From the NCBI GenBank assembly GCA_002269645.1, contig NIVC01001420.1, positions 1 through 64,000 on the forward strand: a stretch of DNA of 64,000 bases. Direction: 5' to 3'. A program made the translations under genes and the position numbers. This DNA comes from Macrostomum lignano. Lineage: Eukaryota. Below the pieces are notes generated by a model that was not told the origin of the DNA, did not search any database, and worked only from the letters and a program-made list of their open reading frames with translations. This document shows positions 52,577 to 64,000 of this stretch, piece by piece; positions within the stretch are counted from its first letter, which is position 1, and the number at the start of each line of letters is the position of its first letter.

Positions 52577-52723
52577 TTAATTATCAACTCCAGCTTGGGT
52601 CATTAGTTCCGCAACATTGCGCTCGATATCGTCAATTCTGGTGCCCATCTCGTCCATGCGGCTGCTGATCTGATCAGACATTTCTTGGAATCGCTGCTGC
52701 ATCTGTTCCAGTGAGTTCTGGAT
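52577..52723 (-). CDS. HSBP1: Heat shock factor binding protein 1, exon 2
   Basis: tgtag|ATC; IQNSLEQMQQRFQEMSDQISSRMDEMGTRIDDIERNVAELMTQAGVDN* aligns by eye to the HSBP1 sequence [40 protein letters not shown]. Confidence 0.95.
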   Translation of the reverse strand: MQNSLEQMQQRFQEMSDQISSRMDEMGTRIDDIERNVAELMTQAGVDN

Positions 52724-54549
52724 CTACAAAAAACATTTAATCACACAAATATAGCAAAAAGAAAAAAGTTTTATACACTTTTTATAATCTGTATTAACCT
52801 TATTTTATAGTTATTTTTAACCTTTTCATTAATCAATGCTACTATCGTTAGGTAAATTTGTTTTTTTACAAATGCCTCATTACTATAACCACAAAAATTA
52901 TATGGGAATTAATTTAATAAACCTTCTCTTAATAAAAAACCACCCTGACACATGGATGTGTCAGAACATAGGTAGGTACCCATCTCAAGTAGGTACCCAA
53001 GTAGCTATAGTCATAATTTAATAAACCAAATAAACTATAAGCAGCAACCTAGGGGCTATGGTAGACCACATCCTACATGGATAGACATCAATTTATGTAT
53101 TCATATAGAGGCCTACTTTAAAATGTTTAAAATCATTAAACTGAGAAATTATCAACTTCAAACTGCCTGTCTCTGTTGTTTAGGGAATAACAAAAATGTA
53201 ATAAAAGGTTAAATATGAGCATACAAAGGCAATTTTAATTTTAAAACCTGACTAAACTTTGCCATGAATTTAGTCAAAAACAGTAGTAAAACACTTTGAA
53301 GATCAATCTGCATAATATGGATATAAAGCAATCAAATCAAATTGCCTTGCTATCTATTAAATTACATAAAAAATCTTTCATCTTTCTTAGTTCAATCACA
53401 TCAAGTCAATTTTACCATGTTTTTAGGGGTCAGACATGATTTATATTTGTGATCACAATTTTATGAATTCAAAACAGCAACTTTTTATGAATGTGTGATT
53501 ACTAAATTTACTATTCACTGGTTTTGAGGTAGGGAACTTGATGCTTCCTTTTTATTTTAATTATAACTTTCCTATTAGATTTACAAAGATAAAAATATGA
53601 ACATGAATATGTAAAACTATAATAAAGTTTATTTAACAATATTGCCAATCCAACATATTAAAAGAAAATTAATTATTAAGTTAAGTAAACAATGAGACTG
53701 CATTGTCTTTTTTATGATCATAATGATTATCATGCCTGGATAAAAAAAGTTACTTTCTTTTTCACATCTAATTAAATATTTCAAGCTTGACTATCCCCTA
53801 TTTGAGCTAGCTCATCTGATTAACATTAGTGGGTATATGTCACGCACAAACTTGTCTAATACACAATGAAGTTGTTAGATAGATCTAGTAAGGCAAACAA
53901 ACTACTTGATAATATCTATAACCATTTTTATACAAAGTATGGTACCAAGCATGAATAAACTTCCAAGCCAAAGAGTGCTCTAATTAGCTGGAGAATGCAA
54001 ATCTGGTCATTAGCAAGATTTGTGAGACTATTGTCTTATCTGCCACTGCAAAACAAGGTGATCAAAGCTCTTCAGATAGGACCATACTGAGGATTACAAA
54101 CTCTATGAGCACAATTATTGTAGTCAATGACCTACATAAGCTATGGTTGGAAGTCACTAGGCTGCAAGTCTTGAACCTGGAGGCAAAGCTAAAAAAGCAA
54201 GAAACAATCCAACTAATTTTTGTTTTGTTTGAGTAGTGCCACATACTTGTTATTATCAAAATTAGGATGCAGTGCATATTGCATCCTATATAGCAACTTA
54301 GCAAATTGTTCCTAAAGTGGCTTTCTAATGACTTAGAAGTTAGTAAAGTACAAAAGATACAACAATGAAATTATTTGGCAATGTAGCAAAGGACAATTAA
54401 TAAAAAAGAAGGCTAAAGAGCTGCATGCTTGTAGGCATTTTAAGTGGCAAACCAGCCTAGCCATAGTGGAAAAATGAAGTTACTGATTGAGAATGAAAAT
54501 TGATAAAAATCTGAATGTCTAATCTGCCTATCTAAGCACACCTCACCCA

Positions 54550-55065
54550 GGATTGCTTTTACAAGCTCGAAATTTCATAACCTCGAAACCAGTTACTTTT
54601 ATAAGCTCAAAATTTCATAAACTTGAAATTTCACAACCTCAAAAACCATTTTAGCAGCCGACTTAACAAGTTCAAAATTTCATATCCCCAAAAATTTTAG
54701 CAAGTAATTTCACAAGCTCAAAATTTCACAACCTTGAAAACTATTTTAGCAGCCAACTTCACAAGCTCAAAATTTCACAACCTCAAAAATTGAAATTCAC
54801 CTGCTAAAATGGTTTTTGAGGTTGTGTAATTTCAAGCTTATGAAGTCACTTGCTAAAATTTTTGAGGATATGAAATTTTGAGCTTATGAAGTTTCTGGTT
54901 TGTGAAAGTGGCTGCTAGAAATGTTTTTGAGGTTGTGAAATTTTGAGCTTATGAAGTTGGCTGCTAAAATTTTTGAGGTTGTGAAATTTTGAGCTTATGA
55001 AGTTTAGGGTTTGTGAAAGGAAATACTTTTCAAGGCTGTGAAATTTTGAGCTTGTGAAGCGACCC
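54550..55065. mobile_element. Foldback-type MITE, CpG-decayed relative of 49757-50076
   Basis: Perfect 9-bp direct repeat CCTCACCCA at 54541-54549 and 55066-55074; imperfect TIRs (GGATTGCTTTTACAAGC vs GGGTCGCTTCACAAGC); arms of TTCACAAGCTCAAAATTTCACAACCTC repeats in inverted orientation. Confidence 0.78.
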
Positions 55066-56589
55066 CCTCACCCAAGACACACAAGGAACACAATGATTTA
55101 GTCCAGTTTTTGGCCTGCCAGCCTATAAATTGAACCCACCTGACTGCAAAGAAGCCCCATATTTTTAATAACTATAGACCATTATGAAGACCAGTATTAA
55201 GAGCTATGCACAAAATTGAATATAAAGAATGGATAATAATGACAATATTGATAAATTCCTACAAGATCTTCTAGAAGACAGTGCTTTGAAAGAGCAACAA
55301 GAGCAAGAGCAAGAGCAACAAGAACAGTGAGAGAACAATGCCCCTTTAAGGCAGCCAACTTGCCTGAAGCTTTCAAGTGAGGATTCTACCACCAAGTGCC
55401 AAGGCCAAGTAGGGCATTGCCTACAACAAATTCAAACCAGCCCTGTGAACTGGAGAAAAAAGGGCCACTCTATTAGAATGACAGGCCACTTTACCAATTC
55501 TATAGGAAGTCACCAATTGACTCCAGTGCATGCTTCAAGCTGATACCCAGCCAATGCAGCATTAGTGGATCAACATAGAGCTATGACTTCTAAGGTTTTA
55601 ATTACTGAACATTGAACATTTTATAGTATGCTTATTTTTCTTTTGTGTGTCTTAAACTTTTATTCAACTGTTCACTTATGCACTGCATTGCATTATGCCT
55701 TCTAGTGCTAACTCAGAGAGGCTTTTTAGTGCAGAAAATCTCATTGTGACCAAGAAATGCAATTGTTTGAGCCTTAAGTCAGCATAGTGCTTTCTTTTTA
55801 TTAATGCAAACATTGGAAACAATCTTTAATAAGTCTTATATTTTTATAAGTGTTTTACCCTTTTGTTTTTCTAAGTTAGGCTATTTTCATAGTAGATTTT
55901 TCCCTAATTAGGGTAGCCACTGAACTAAGGGCTTGTTCACAATTCAAAATCAAGATTGTACATTTTTGTTCAGCTTCATTAAATCATTTAATAAATTTAC
56001 ACCAAAATGTGTCTTTTGATGGCGATATGAACAAATTTATAAAATGTGAATAGCCAAACAAATATCTCTGTAACCTTTTGATTTAAAAGCTTTTATTTAT
56101 GCCATTTTGTGTTTTTTGTGCCATGTCTGATGATTGATATGCCATAGCTGGTAGCTACATTCAATTTCATATATTTCTTTTTCAAAGTTGCAACTTGCAA
56201 TGCTGCTATCATGGCTTCTTTCCATGTGTAATTTTTTGTGCAAAAAAAAAGCCAATGGCAAATGTTTTTCATTAACTTATTTTCTTAAAAGTTTATCTTA
56301 ATATAAACAAGTGAGGTAGCACTAATAATATTCTACTCATTTCTTAGGAAGTTGATTTTGTATGTGATGCCAAATTAAGTTTCTTTTGTTATACTGAATG
56401 AATAAATATTCGAATTATTTTTTTGTTTTAATGTGTGAAAGAAAATCTACTATATATAGGAGCAATTTTTGCAGCAAAATAAGGAGCCCATTCATGAGCT
56501 AAAAGTCTCTAGTGGTTTAATACAAATACTCAGAGTTCAAAGTGAAGTTACCAATACAAGACTGCTCAGGCTATCTAATATATAAGATG

Positions 56590-56700
56590 CTACCTAGACA
56601 CTACTAGAATTAGACACCAGATGCTACCAGAATTAGGCACCAGATACTCTAGAAATAGACATCAGATGCTACCAGAATTGTACATAAAATGCTACCTAGA
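56590..56700. repeat. ~23-bp repeat x4-5 (TAGACACCAGATGCTACCAGAAT)
   Basis: Directly visible, diverged copies. Confidence 0.7.
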
Positions 56701-57074
56701 AATGTACTAAACCAACTGATTCTAAGAAAATAATTAGACACATTAGTAGTAGAACAACTTAGTGGCTAATTGGTGCAATTGCTTTAGAGGATAGAAGCGA
56801 CATACCTATGAATACAACAACTTTTGTGGCATAACAGTAAGATTTATAGAGACAGAGATAAACATATATTATACAAGTTTTGAAAACTTTCAATATTTTC
56901 TTTTATTAAAAAATGTTATAATATCATGTAACAATTCATAGTAGAAGTAGAACTAAACTTCCAATCTAAGTCTATTCCTTTTAAATTGTTTTTGCTAGAT
57001 ACTAGACAGATATAGTATAAGTATAAGCCTGTGATAGATAGAATCTTGTTAGTCAATTTATATGTGGTGGCTCC

Positions 57075-57568
57075 TTTCAGGGACCCTTGGCTCCAATCCT
57101 TGCAGCCACCATCAATCATAGCATTAAAGCCTGGGCCTCTGCCCTGCATAGGGACAGATAACAAACCTCACAACCTGCCACCAATCATGTGTGATGGTCC
57201 CTTGTCCATCTTGGAAACTCTGAACTGTCCTCTTAAACCAAAGCAAGAAGGACACCCGAGCTCTTGCTATGACCCTCATAGGTCATGGCTGCTTTGCTAA
57301 GCATTTCTTTTCCTGGGGCAACATCCAGAATGAATTGTGCCCTTTTTGCAAGTACGACAACAAAGATGCTTAGCATTTTGTTTGTCAATGCCCATTCTTC
57401 ACCAGGGAATGGCTAAATCATCTTGGTCCAAACCTATCTATTGATAATATAAATGTTTGTAGACCTGAGAATATCTTGCGGCTTATCCAGTTCCTTCAGG
57501 CAACTAGACAAGCCTCTTTCTTCCCTAATGAAGAAAATGCTACAGGATATACTGGTGGACTACCCTGA
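57075..57568 (+). mobile_element. Decayed 3' end of a non-LTR retrotransposon ORF2 (I/LOA/R1-like zinc knuckle)
   Basis: The frame from 57263 reads LAMTLIGHGCFAKHFFSWGNIQNELCPFCKYDNKDA*HFVCQCPFF...HLGP...LIQFLQATR, with the GH...CxxC...H...C pattern of LINE C-termini. Upstream IKAWASALHRDR* is in another frame. Confidence 0.7.
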
Positions 57569-58995
57569 TTGGCCCTGCATTATTGCTGAAGTGGGTGACC
57601 AGGATTTAGCAGAATGGGCAACTCTTGCTTTCCTGCTACAAGTCAAGTAAGTCAAGGCACTAATAAGATTATTAATTAGATGATAAGACATTTTTGTAAC
57701 TTTAAAGAGCTAGTTATTTCACCATTTGCCTTATATTTTTTGCTTACATTTGATAACATATTCAGATATTTGGAGTTAGATTCAGAATTTTTTTGTACAC
57801 TTGGATTTTGTTTCAAAAACTTGCAAAAATCTACATTTGGTTTATCACTAATATTATGGCTTTTTTATTAAATATGTTAACATTGCATTTTCTATTCAAA
57901 TATAAGTTTTACCAGTATTTTTCAAATGGAAAATATTGATTTTTGTGTTGTTTTTTTTAAAAATTTTTTAGCACATAGTGTAAGTAGACTTATTTGATAG
58001 GAATATCTTTGAGACATAATGCAAGCAAACTTTTTTGATAGGATTTTTTTGGCACATGGCATAATCAAACTTTTTAAAGGATTTCTTTTGGCATAGGCAC
58101 ACCATGATCTTGACTATCTTGATCTTGACTAAATGTATTAGGCATATATCAGAATATACCAAAAAAATTGGTCATTTTTTGGGATATATATAGACTGTTT
58201 TAAATTATAGCATAGGCTTATAGCATATAAAATAACTAAATTCTGAACTTTAAAGAAGCTTTAAGAATCTATTACATTGTAATACATAAATTATAGTAAT
58301 AGCAGCATAATACTACTCTTGTAAGCATAAACACAAATCTATATATGTTTACCTTGGTGTCTAAAGACCTGAACCTGAATGCCCATGCCTAACTGCATCT
58401 GCTCAATTATGGCTTCAACCTTATTTCTAGAATTGAGGACTGAGATTAAGTATTTCTTTTAAAAAATTGCCTCAAAATTATTGAAGAAATGACTAATAGA
58501 GGTTGGACAGGATTGAAATCTTTAGGTAGGATTGGGATTAGAAATAATTTTTTCTTGGGATTGGGACTGGGATTCAGGAATTGGGATCAGGTCTTTTAGT
58601 ATATTATAGTTTGTAGGTCCCTATAAAGTTAAACAAAATTGAATAAAAATGTTAAGATCACAACAAAATCAATGCAAAGTTTTGTAACTAATAAAGTAAT
58701 AATATAATGAGTACAAGTAAAAACAAAATACATATAAGTAATCACTAACTCTAAAAAAATTTAATCAAAAGATCCATTCCTGATTCTTATGTTTTTTAGG
58801 GTTGGAAATATGGGATCCTAGTTGTACTTATCCTAGAAGTCTTATTTTTCAACTTTCAAGAGCAATCCTTTGCTTTAGGGAGCCATATTTCATATCTTTG
58901 ATCATTTGATTACAAAAAATATTCATTATTACAATTATAATTACAATTTTTATTTTTATTTTTCTACTTCTTTTTATTTTGTTTTTAAGTTTAAT

Positions 58996-59325
58996 CATAC
59001 ATGCCCAACCTAAAAATTTTACCCATCTAGTGTGACTTAGTTTTGTCCAGATTTATGACTTGGTTCCCCCAATTGCAACTTAATTTTCACTTTTAAATTA
59101 TTTTTAATTACTTTTAATTATTTTTAAATTTCTTGCTTTTTTTCTCTTTTTTTCTTTTTCTTACTTTCTTCTTTCTCCTCTCTTTTTTCCCTTTCTTTTC
59201 CTTCTCTTTTCCTTTCCTTTTTTCTTCCTCTACTTTTTGTTTTTTGCATTTTAAATTTTGCGACTTACCTTGGCCGGCAGTTATTTTACCTGTCTAGTTT
59301 GGACAGGTAAGATGGGTATTAAGCT
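58996..59325 (-). mobile_element. Diverged copy of the 33630-33926 hAT MITE family
   Basis: CATACATGCCCAAC at 58996 (13/14 to the TIR); GTGTGACTTAGTTTT vs GTGCGACTTAGTTTT; TTTTGCGACTTACCTTGG (59256-59273) shared with the reverse complement of the MITE left end. The far TIR is degenerate. Confidence 0.65.
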
Positions 59326-59653
59326 TGGTTTAAGACCAAGATAGCCACAACTTTGAATCTCTCTGGCTTTGCTTTTTTTTACTAGGCCTATTAATTAGTA
59401 CTAAAATAGCTATTGTTATATTAATGATTATGTTTTATCACTCATATTCATAAATATTGACAATAAAAATAGATTTGAAATATTTACCTATAATACAAAA
59501 AAATTATTCTTTTTCAATGTTTTTGCCAATTGATTTCCTTATCATTATATTTATCAAATCTATCATTATCAGTTTATCAAGAAACTATTGCTACTGGTAA
59601 TGTTATGTAATAATTATGATAAATATACGTAATGTAATAATATGTAATAATTA

Positions 59654-59697
<44 letters not shown>

Positions 59698-59958
59698 TAG
59701 GCTACTTGCTTTATGTAGTGAATAAATATCAATAGGTCAAGCTACATAAATGTCTATATGTCAGGCTACAATAAAAGCTAAAGCCAAGTCAAGGCAAAGG
59801 GAATGTTTATATTATTAATATAATTCCAATATAGCATCTTATAGTGTCTAGTTTCCTAATTACTACCAATAGGAGATGTGTAAAATATATAGATCTAGGC
59901 TTGATATTATTGATTTAGACATTTTGAGCTGTGGCTATCTTGGTGTGTGGCCATCTTA

Positions 59959-60339
59959 GAGCCTTTTCATATCGCTGGTTTGAAAAACGGAACTGGTTCC
60001 GAACTGGTTTGATGCTCTTCAAATTGATGGTTCGAAAAACAGAATCAGTTCTGGAACATAGTTCTGGTTCTGGAATATGGTTTGAGAAATTTTCTCAAAC
60101 CATTGTCATGTTTACACTTTAACAGTAAAGTATATTTGAAATCATCAATTTTTTACTATTGTTAAATAATTATTCTGTTTTTTGTCATATCCAAGAGGAA
60201 ACAAATTCAAAGAACGACAAAATTAAATTGTAAAGACTGTCAAACATAGAATTGGTTCGAAGCTCTTCATTTCACACTGGTTCTGGTTCTAGAACTCGAA
60301 TCTATTCTGGTTCTAGAACCGATTGCTGTGAAGAGGCTC
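59959..60339. mobile_element. Possible PIF/Harbinger-type MITE
   Basis: Imperfect TIR GAGCCTTTTCATA vs GAGCCTCTTCACA (reverse complement); flanks TTA/TTG; internal GGTTCT/AGAACC repeats. Confidence 0.5.
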
Positions 60340-60812
60340 TTGGTCATGCACCATGGCATTGAGCATATATGATTTTAATGAACTAGGCAAGCAATAGCAA
60401 TAGCTAAAGATATAAGTTAGCCTACTGCAATAATGCATATGTTTACAATTAGAAAAACTTTGTTTTAATAATTAAATTCCATTGGTGCTATTTTATCAAA
60501 CTAGGCCTAGGCTTAATCTAGAATGCTTAATATAAGTCTAGCTAGCTGGACTTAGCTGAGCTAGCTATTTCAATTTAATTTCAAAATCATGCACCTTTCT
60601 ATTAATTGACAAAAGGACAAATGGTTTGATGAAAAAGCCCTTATCACAAAATTTCCTGGAACCTTATAGTGGGCCCTGATTTTTAGATCTGGATCTGGTA
60701 AGCTAGGGGCCTGCCTACTGAATGTATACAACATATAGGCGGGATATAGCCCTATTATAGCCTAATAAAAAGCAAAATGTAAATTTTTACATACAAGCTA
60801 AGAAGTACTTAC

Positions 60813-60914
60813 ATATGCATTTAATTCTGCGACATTTTTAGGATCAGTAGATGCAGCGCCTGAGCCTAATTTTTGGGCTGGATTTTCGCGCGAGTGATTA
60901 GTTGTTGAAGCCAT
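60813..60914 (-). CDS. HSBP1: HSBP1 exon 1
   Basis: ATG at 60914; MASTTNHSRENPAQKLGSGAASTDPKNVAELNAY (cf. TDPKTVQDLT); donor GTAAGT at 60812; phase 0 joins exon 2 to give 82 aa. Confidence 0.9.
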
Positions 60915-61641
60915 TTGTGGTTTTAAATTTTGATTTGATTTGTATTACTATTAATCTTGATGAATAGCCTACTATAATATAAGAATAAAAACTTTACTTT
61001 AACTTAAAAATTATAGTTATTGAAGACGTGAAAAGTTGAAATCATACGAGATTTGGCGAAAAAAACAAAACACCACCTAAATAATACACTGGGTGAAATG
61101 AAACAATTTATAATTCTGAAAAAGTCGCCCTTTGAATTTTCGTTTTTTTGGTAGACTTTTAAAACAAAAAAATATTTTTAACCTTATAAGACTTGAGGGT
61201 AAACTACTATAAAATTCTAATTACTTTTAAAATACTTTAAAATTTTAAGGACGTTACCTTGTTATTGTGGACCTTTCTATAAAAGCCTTTATCTTGATTG
61301 CTTTGAAGGTTATTTTATTGATTTTTTTAATATTGTGCCTGCCCCTGTGCTGTGCCTGTTGTTGTATCTTTGTATCAATAATTTCAATAAATCTGAGTAT
61401 TTTCAAACCTAAAGTTCGTAGAGGAAAACATTACTTTACAAATGATCTGGTGAACTCAAATTTCTTCCTGACTTGACTTGACCCAACTGAAACTTAAATA
61501 AAGCACGTTGGATCTTGTGCTAGCCAGCATGCCATGGCTGGCAAGCTAAAAAATTAAATCATTGTGTTGTCATGGGAAAGAAAGAATAACTATATACCTT
61601 TCACTCGAAGTAGTGAATTATTAGTTTTTATCCTATTTAAA
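60915..61641. promoter_or_regulatory. Probable bidirectional promoter region between HSBP1 and MAPK15
   Basis: Divergent start codons 727 bp apart; CpGs reappear locally around 60830-61150. No transcription start site can be placed. Confidence 0.55.
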
Positions 61642-61722
61642 ATGCCTATGGCAAGTGCTATAGCTGAAATAGAAGACCACATTCTTAAAAAATATGAAAT
61701 AAGAAAGAGACTTGGAAAAGGG
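61642..61722 (+). CDS. MAPK15: MAPK15/ERK7-8 first coding exon (gene continues beyond the window)
   Basis: MPMASAIAEIEDHILKKYEIRKRLGKG|GTAAGA matches the MAPK15-type N-terminus (KYEIKKRLGKG-AYG), with the intron at the expected position. Only 27 codons are visible. Confidence 0.8.
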
Positions 61723-63149
61723 GTAAGAAATGTGGACACCTTAAACTAACACAACTGATTTCCTTTCAATTATTTAAAAAATAAATAAACTAAAGTCTAT
61801 AAGTGATTTTAATTCAAAGAAAGTTATCAAAATGATTATAAGCCTATTATATATTATTTTTGCTACTTAAGGGCAAGGCTAAATAGGCCTATATTATTTA
61901 TTTAGCTCTAACTAAGTAAGATTAAGGTTAGATTAAGGGCTAATAATTAATAGTAGAAATTTTAGTTTAGTTTTAGCTTTAGAGTATCTAGCGGGCAATT
62001 CCATATAATTATGGTCGTAACATGACAGGCTATTTTTACTTATAAAATGAAATCTAATAATAGAATACACTAAACCAATATTTTAAATGAAAGATTTTTT
62101 TGTCAAGAATATTTTTATAGAGTTTCATGTAGATATCATCATTAATATAGATGCTATTAAACCTTGAATGGCACTTCTGGTCGTAACGATAGGATTTTTG
62201 ACAGATAGAAACTAAAAGGTAAAAGTCTTATAACATTTTTCATTTTTGATATTTTGCAATAAATTTTTTAAAATTCGACTAAGAACATCTTCAGAAATCA
62301 TACTCTTTTTGTAGAATATATAAACTCAAAAAGGCAACAAAGATACAAAAGAAAAGGCAGCCTTATGGTCATAACATTCTGGTCGTAACATATTTTGTTC
62401 TGTCAATTCAGTAACTTAGAGGTACCAATATATTAAAAATATAATTGATTATTTGTTCATCAATACTTTTATCTGATGATGCAAGTACTATACTTTTATC
62501 TATAGTTTGTTTCAACCTTCCAAAGCTTTCTATTTGTTTTTAAAAGGTTCACAAACTTAATGATGTCTTTTGCTTAAAAAACTGTCCAAATTTTTACAAA
62601 AATTACTTTTTGCCACTTGATAACATACTAATCTAACATTTTATCATTCATTTATTCTTAGATTGTAGATGTTACACATAAAAAACATTTGGTAAAAAAA
62701 TTGGCTAATCAGGCAGTGGCAAGCAAAAATATTGACTTTTTTCTATTTTCCAAATATGTCCATCTTATATGGAATGAGCCTAGCCTATGTCTCTTTATCA
62801 CTATTATTTTGTCTATATTATATAATATTATACAATACTAGTTTAAATACAAGTAAACAATCTATATATATATACAAGCTGTTGAAACCCGCAGATTTTG
62901 AACCCGGGGAATTTCAATCCCGGAACTATTTTTCCATGTATTCTGAAATCTGAGGCCATACTCAAACAAAAACTTATTAATAGTTAGTAGGATAGAGGTA
63001 GACATCAAATGGAGTACATTCATGTAAAATTAGAATTTAAGCAAACATTGATCTTGTTGGCAAGGGTGCTTTTTAGGCAGTTAATGTCTGTCTGACTCTA
63101 AAACATGTATTAGCAAACTCTGGCCTCTGCCTCTGACTCTCCCTACGTC

Positions 63150-64000
63150 CCTTGGATCCTTTGAAACTTCTATCTTCTCTTCTGTTTCCTCTCTTCTCTC
63201 TTGTCTCTCCTCTCTGCTCTCTCTCCTCTCCTCTCTTCTTTTTTTCCTCTCTCTTCTCTCCTCTCTTCTCTCGTATCTTCCCTCATTTCTCTTCTTTTTC
63301 ATCTCTCTTATCTCATCTCTTCTTTTCTTTTCTCTTTCCTCTCCTCCTACTCTTCTCTCATCTTTTTCTTCACCTCTCTTCTCTCACATCTTTATTTGCT
63401 CTCTGATCTCTCCTTTCTCTTCTCTCTCTTCTCTTTTATCTCTTTTCATTTCTCTCTGCTTCTCCCCTCTCTCTCTCTGCTTCTCCCCTCTCTCTCTGCT
63501 TCCCCCTCTCTCTCTCTGCTTCCCCCCTCTCTCTTATCTCTCCTCTCCTATCTTTCTTCTCCTCTCTACTCTCTCCCTTCCATTCTCCTCTTTTCTCTCC
63601 TCTCGCCTCACTCACTTCTCTCTCCCTTTGTCTCTCCTCTCGTCTCTGTAATCTCTTCTCTCTTCTCTCTCCTCTGTTCTCTCTACTCTCCCATCTCTCG
63701 TCTATTCATTTTCATCTTTGCTCTCAGCTCATCCTGCCTCTTTCATCTGTCATCTTTACTGCCTTATATGTTCTCTCATTCTGTCCTCTGTACTCTTTTC
63801 TTTCATCTCTTTTGTCTCCTTACTTTCCTTTCTCCTTTCTTCTCTTCTCTTCTCTTCCCTCTTCTATATACTCTCTCCCTCTCTCGTCTCGTCTCTTCTC
63901 TCTCCACTCTCCTCCTTTATCTCTCATCTCTCATTTCTCATCTCTCCTTATACCTCTCTCATCTGTACAACTTTATCTCTTCTCTCTTCCATTTACTCTC
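63150..64000. repeat. CT-rich low-complexity tract in MAPK15 intron 1
   Basis: Irregular polypyrimidine sequence running to the end of the window. Confidence 0.9.

Noticed and set aside
55225-55480. Gln/Glu-rich reading frame MDNNDNIDKFLQDLLED...
   Set aside because: Interrupted by TGA, no recognisable family; probably a decayed repeat in the HSBP1 intron.
61993-62400. Transposon-end-like GGGCAATTCCAT with three TGGTCGTAAC repeats
   Set aside because: No partner inverted end or TSD found in the window.

Overview
Eukaryotic (invertebrate metazoan) genomic DNA with spliceosomal GT-AG genes; no prokaryotic features or CRISPR arrays. The GC-rich exons and very high load of simple and tandem repeats resemble Macrostomum-type flatworm assemblies, but that is inference only. 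Five genes can be reconstructed by eye: a 6-exon GRK2/beta-ARK-type kinase (413-15570, +) with three single-base frameshifts in its first two exons; an SLC16/MCT-family transporter (~42911-47591, +); an intronless thioredoxin with a WCPPC site (51029-51346, -); HSBP1 (two exons, 60914 to 52577, -; not in the ORF track); and the first coding exon of MAPK15/ERK7-8 (61642-61722, +), head-to-head with HSBP1. Most long ORFs in the track are translations of tandem repeats. The most notable structures are: (1) a ~13.2 kb segment (29406-42608) bounded by perfect 16-bp inverted repeats, flanked on both sides by (GACA)n, and carrying a ~10.4 kb higher-order satellite whose monomers each contain a copy of the element's own end motif, with a young hAT-type MITE nested inside; (2) a sharply CpG-depleted domain in the HSBP1 intron holding CpG-decayed copies of transposons that are CpG-intact elsewhere in the window; (3) a MITE that appears to have duplicated a splice acceptor; (4) a regular alternation of unique spacers and unrelated repeat islands at 16-29 kb. 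All assignments come from remembered family motifs; no searches were run.
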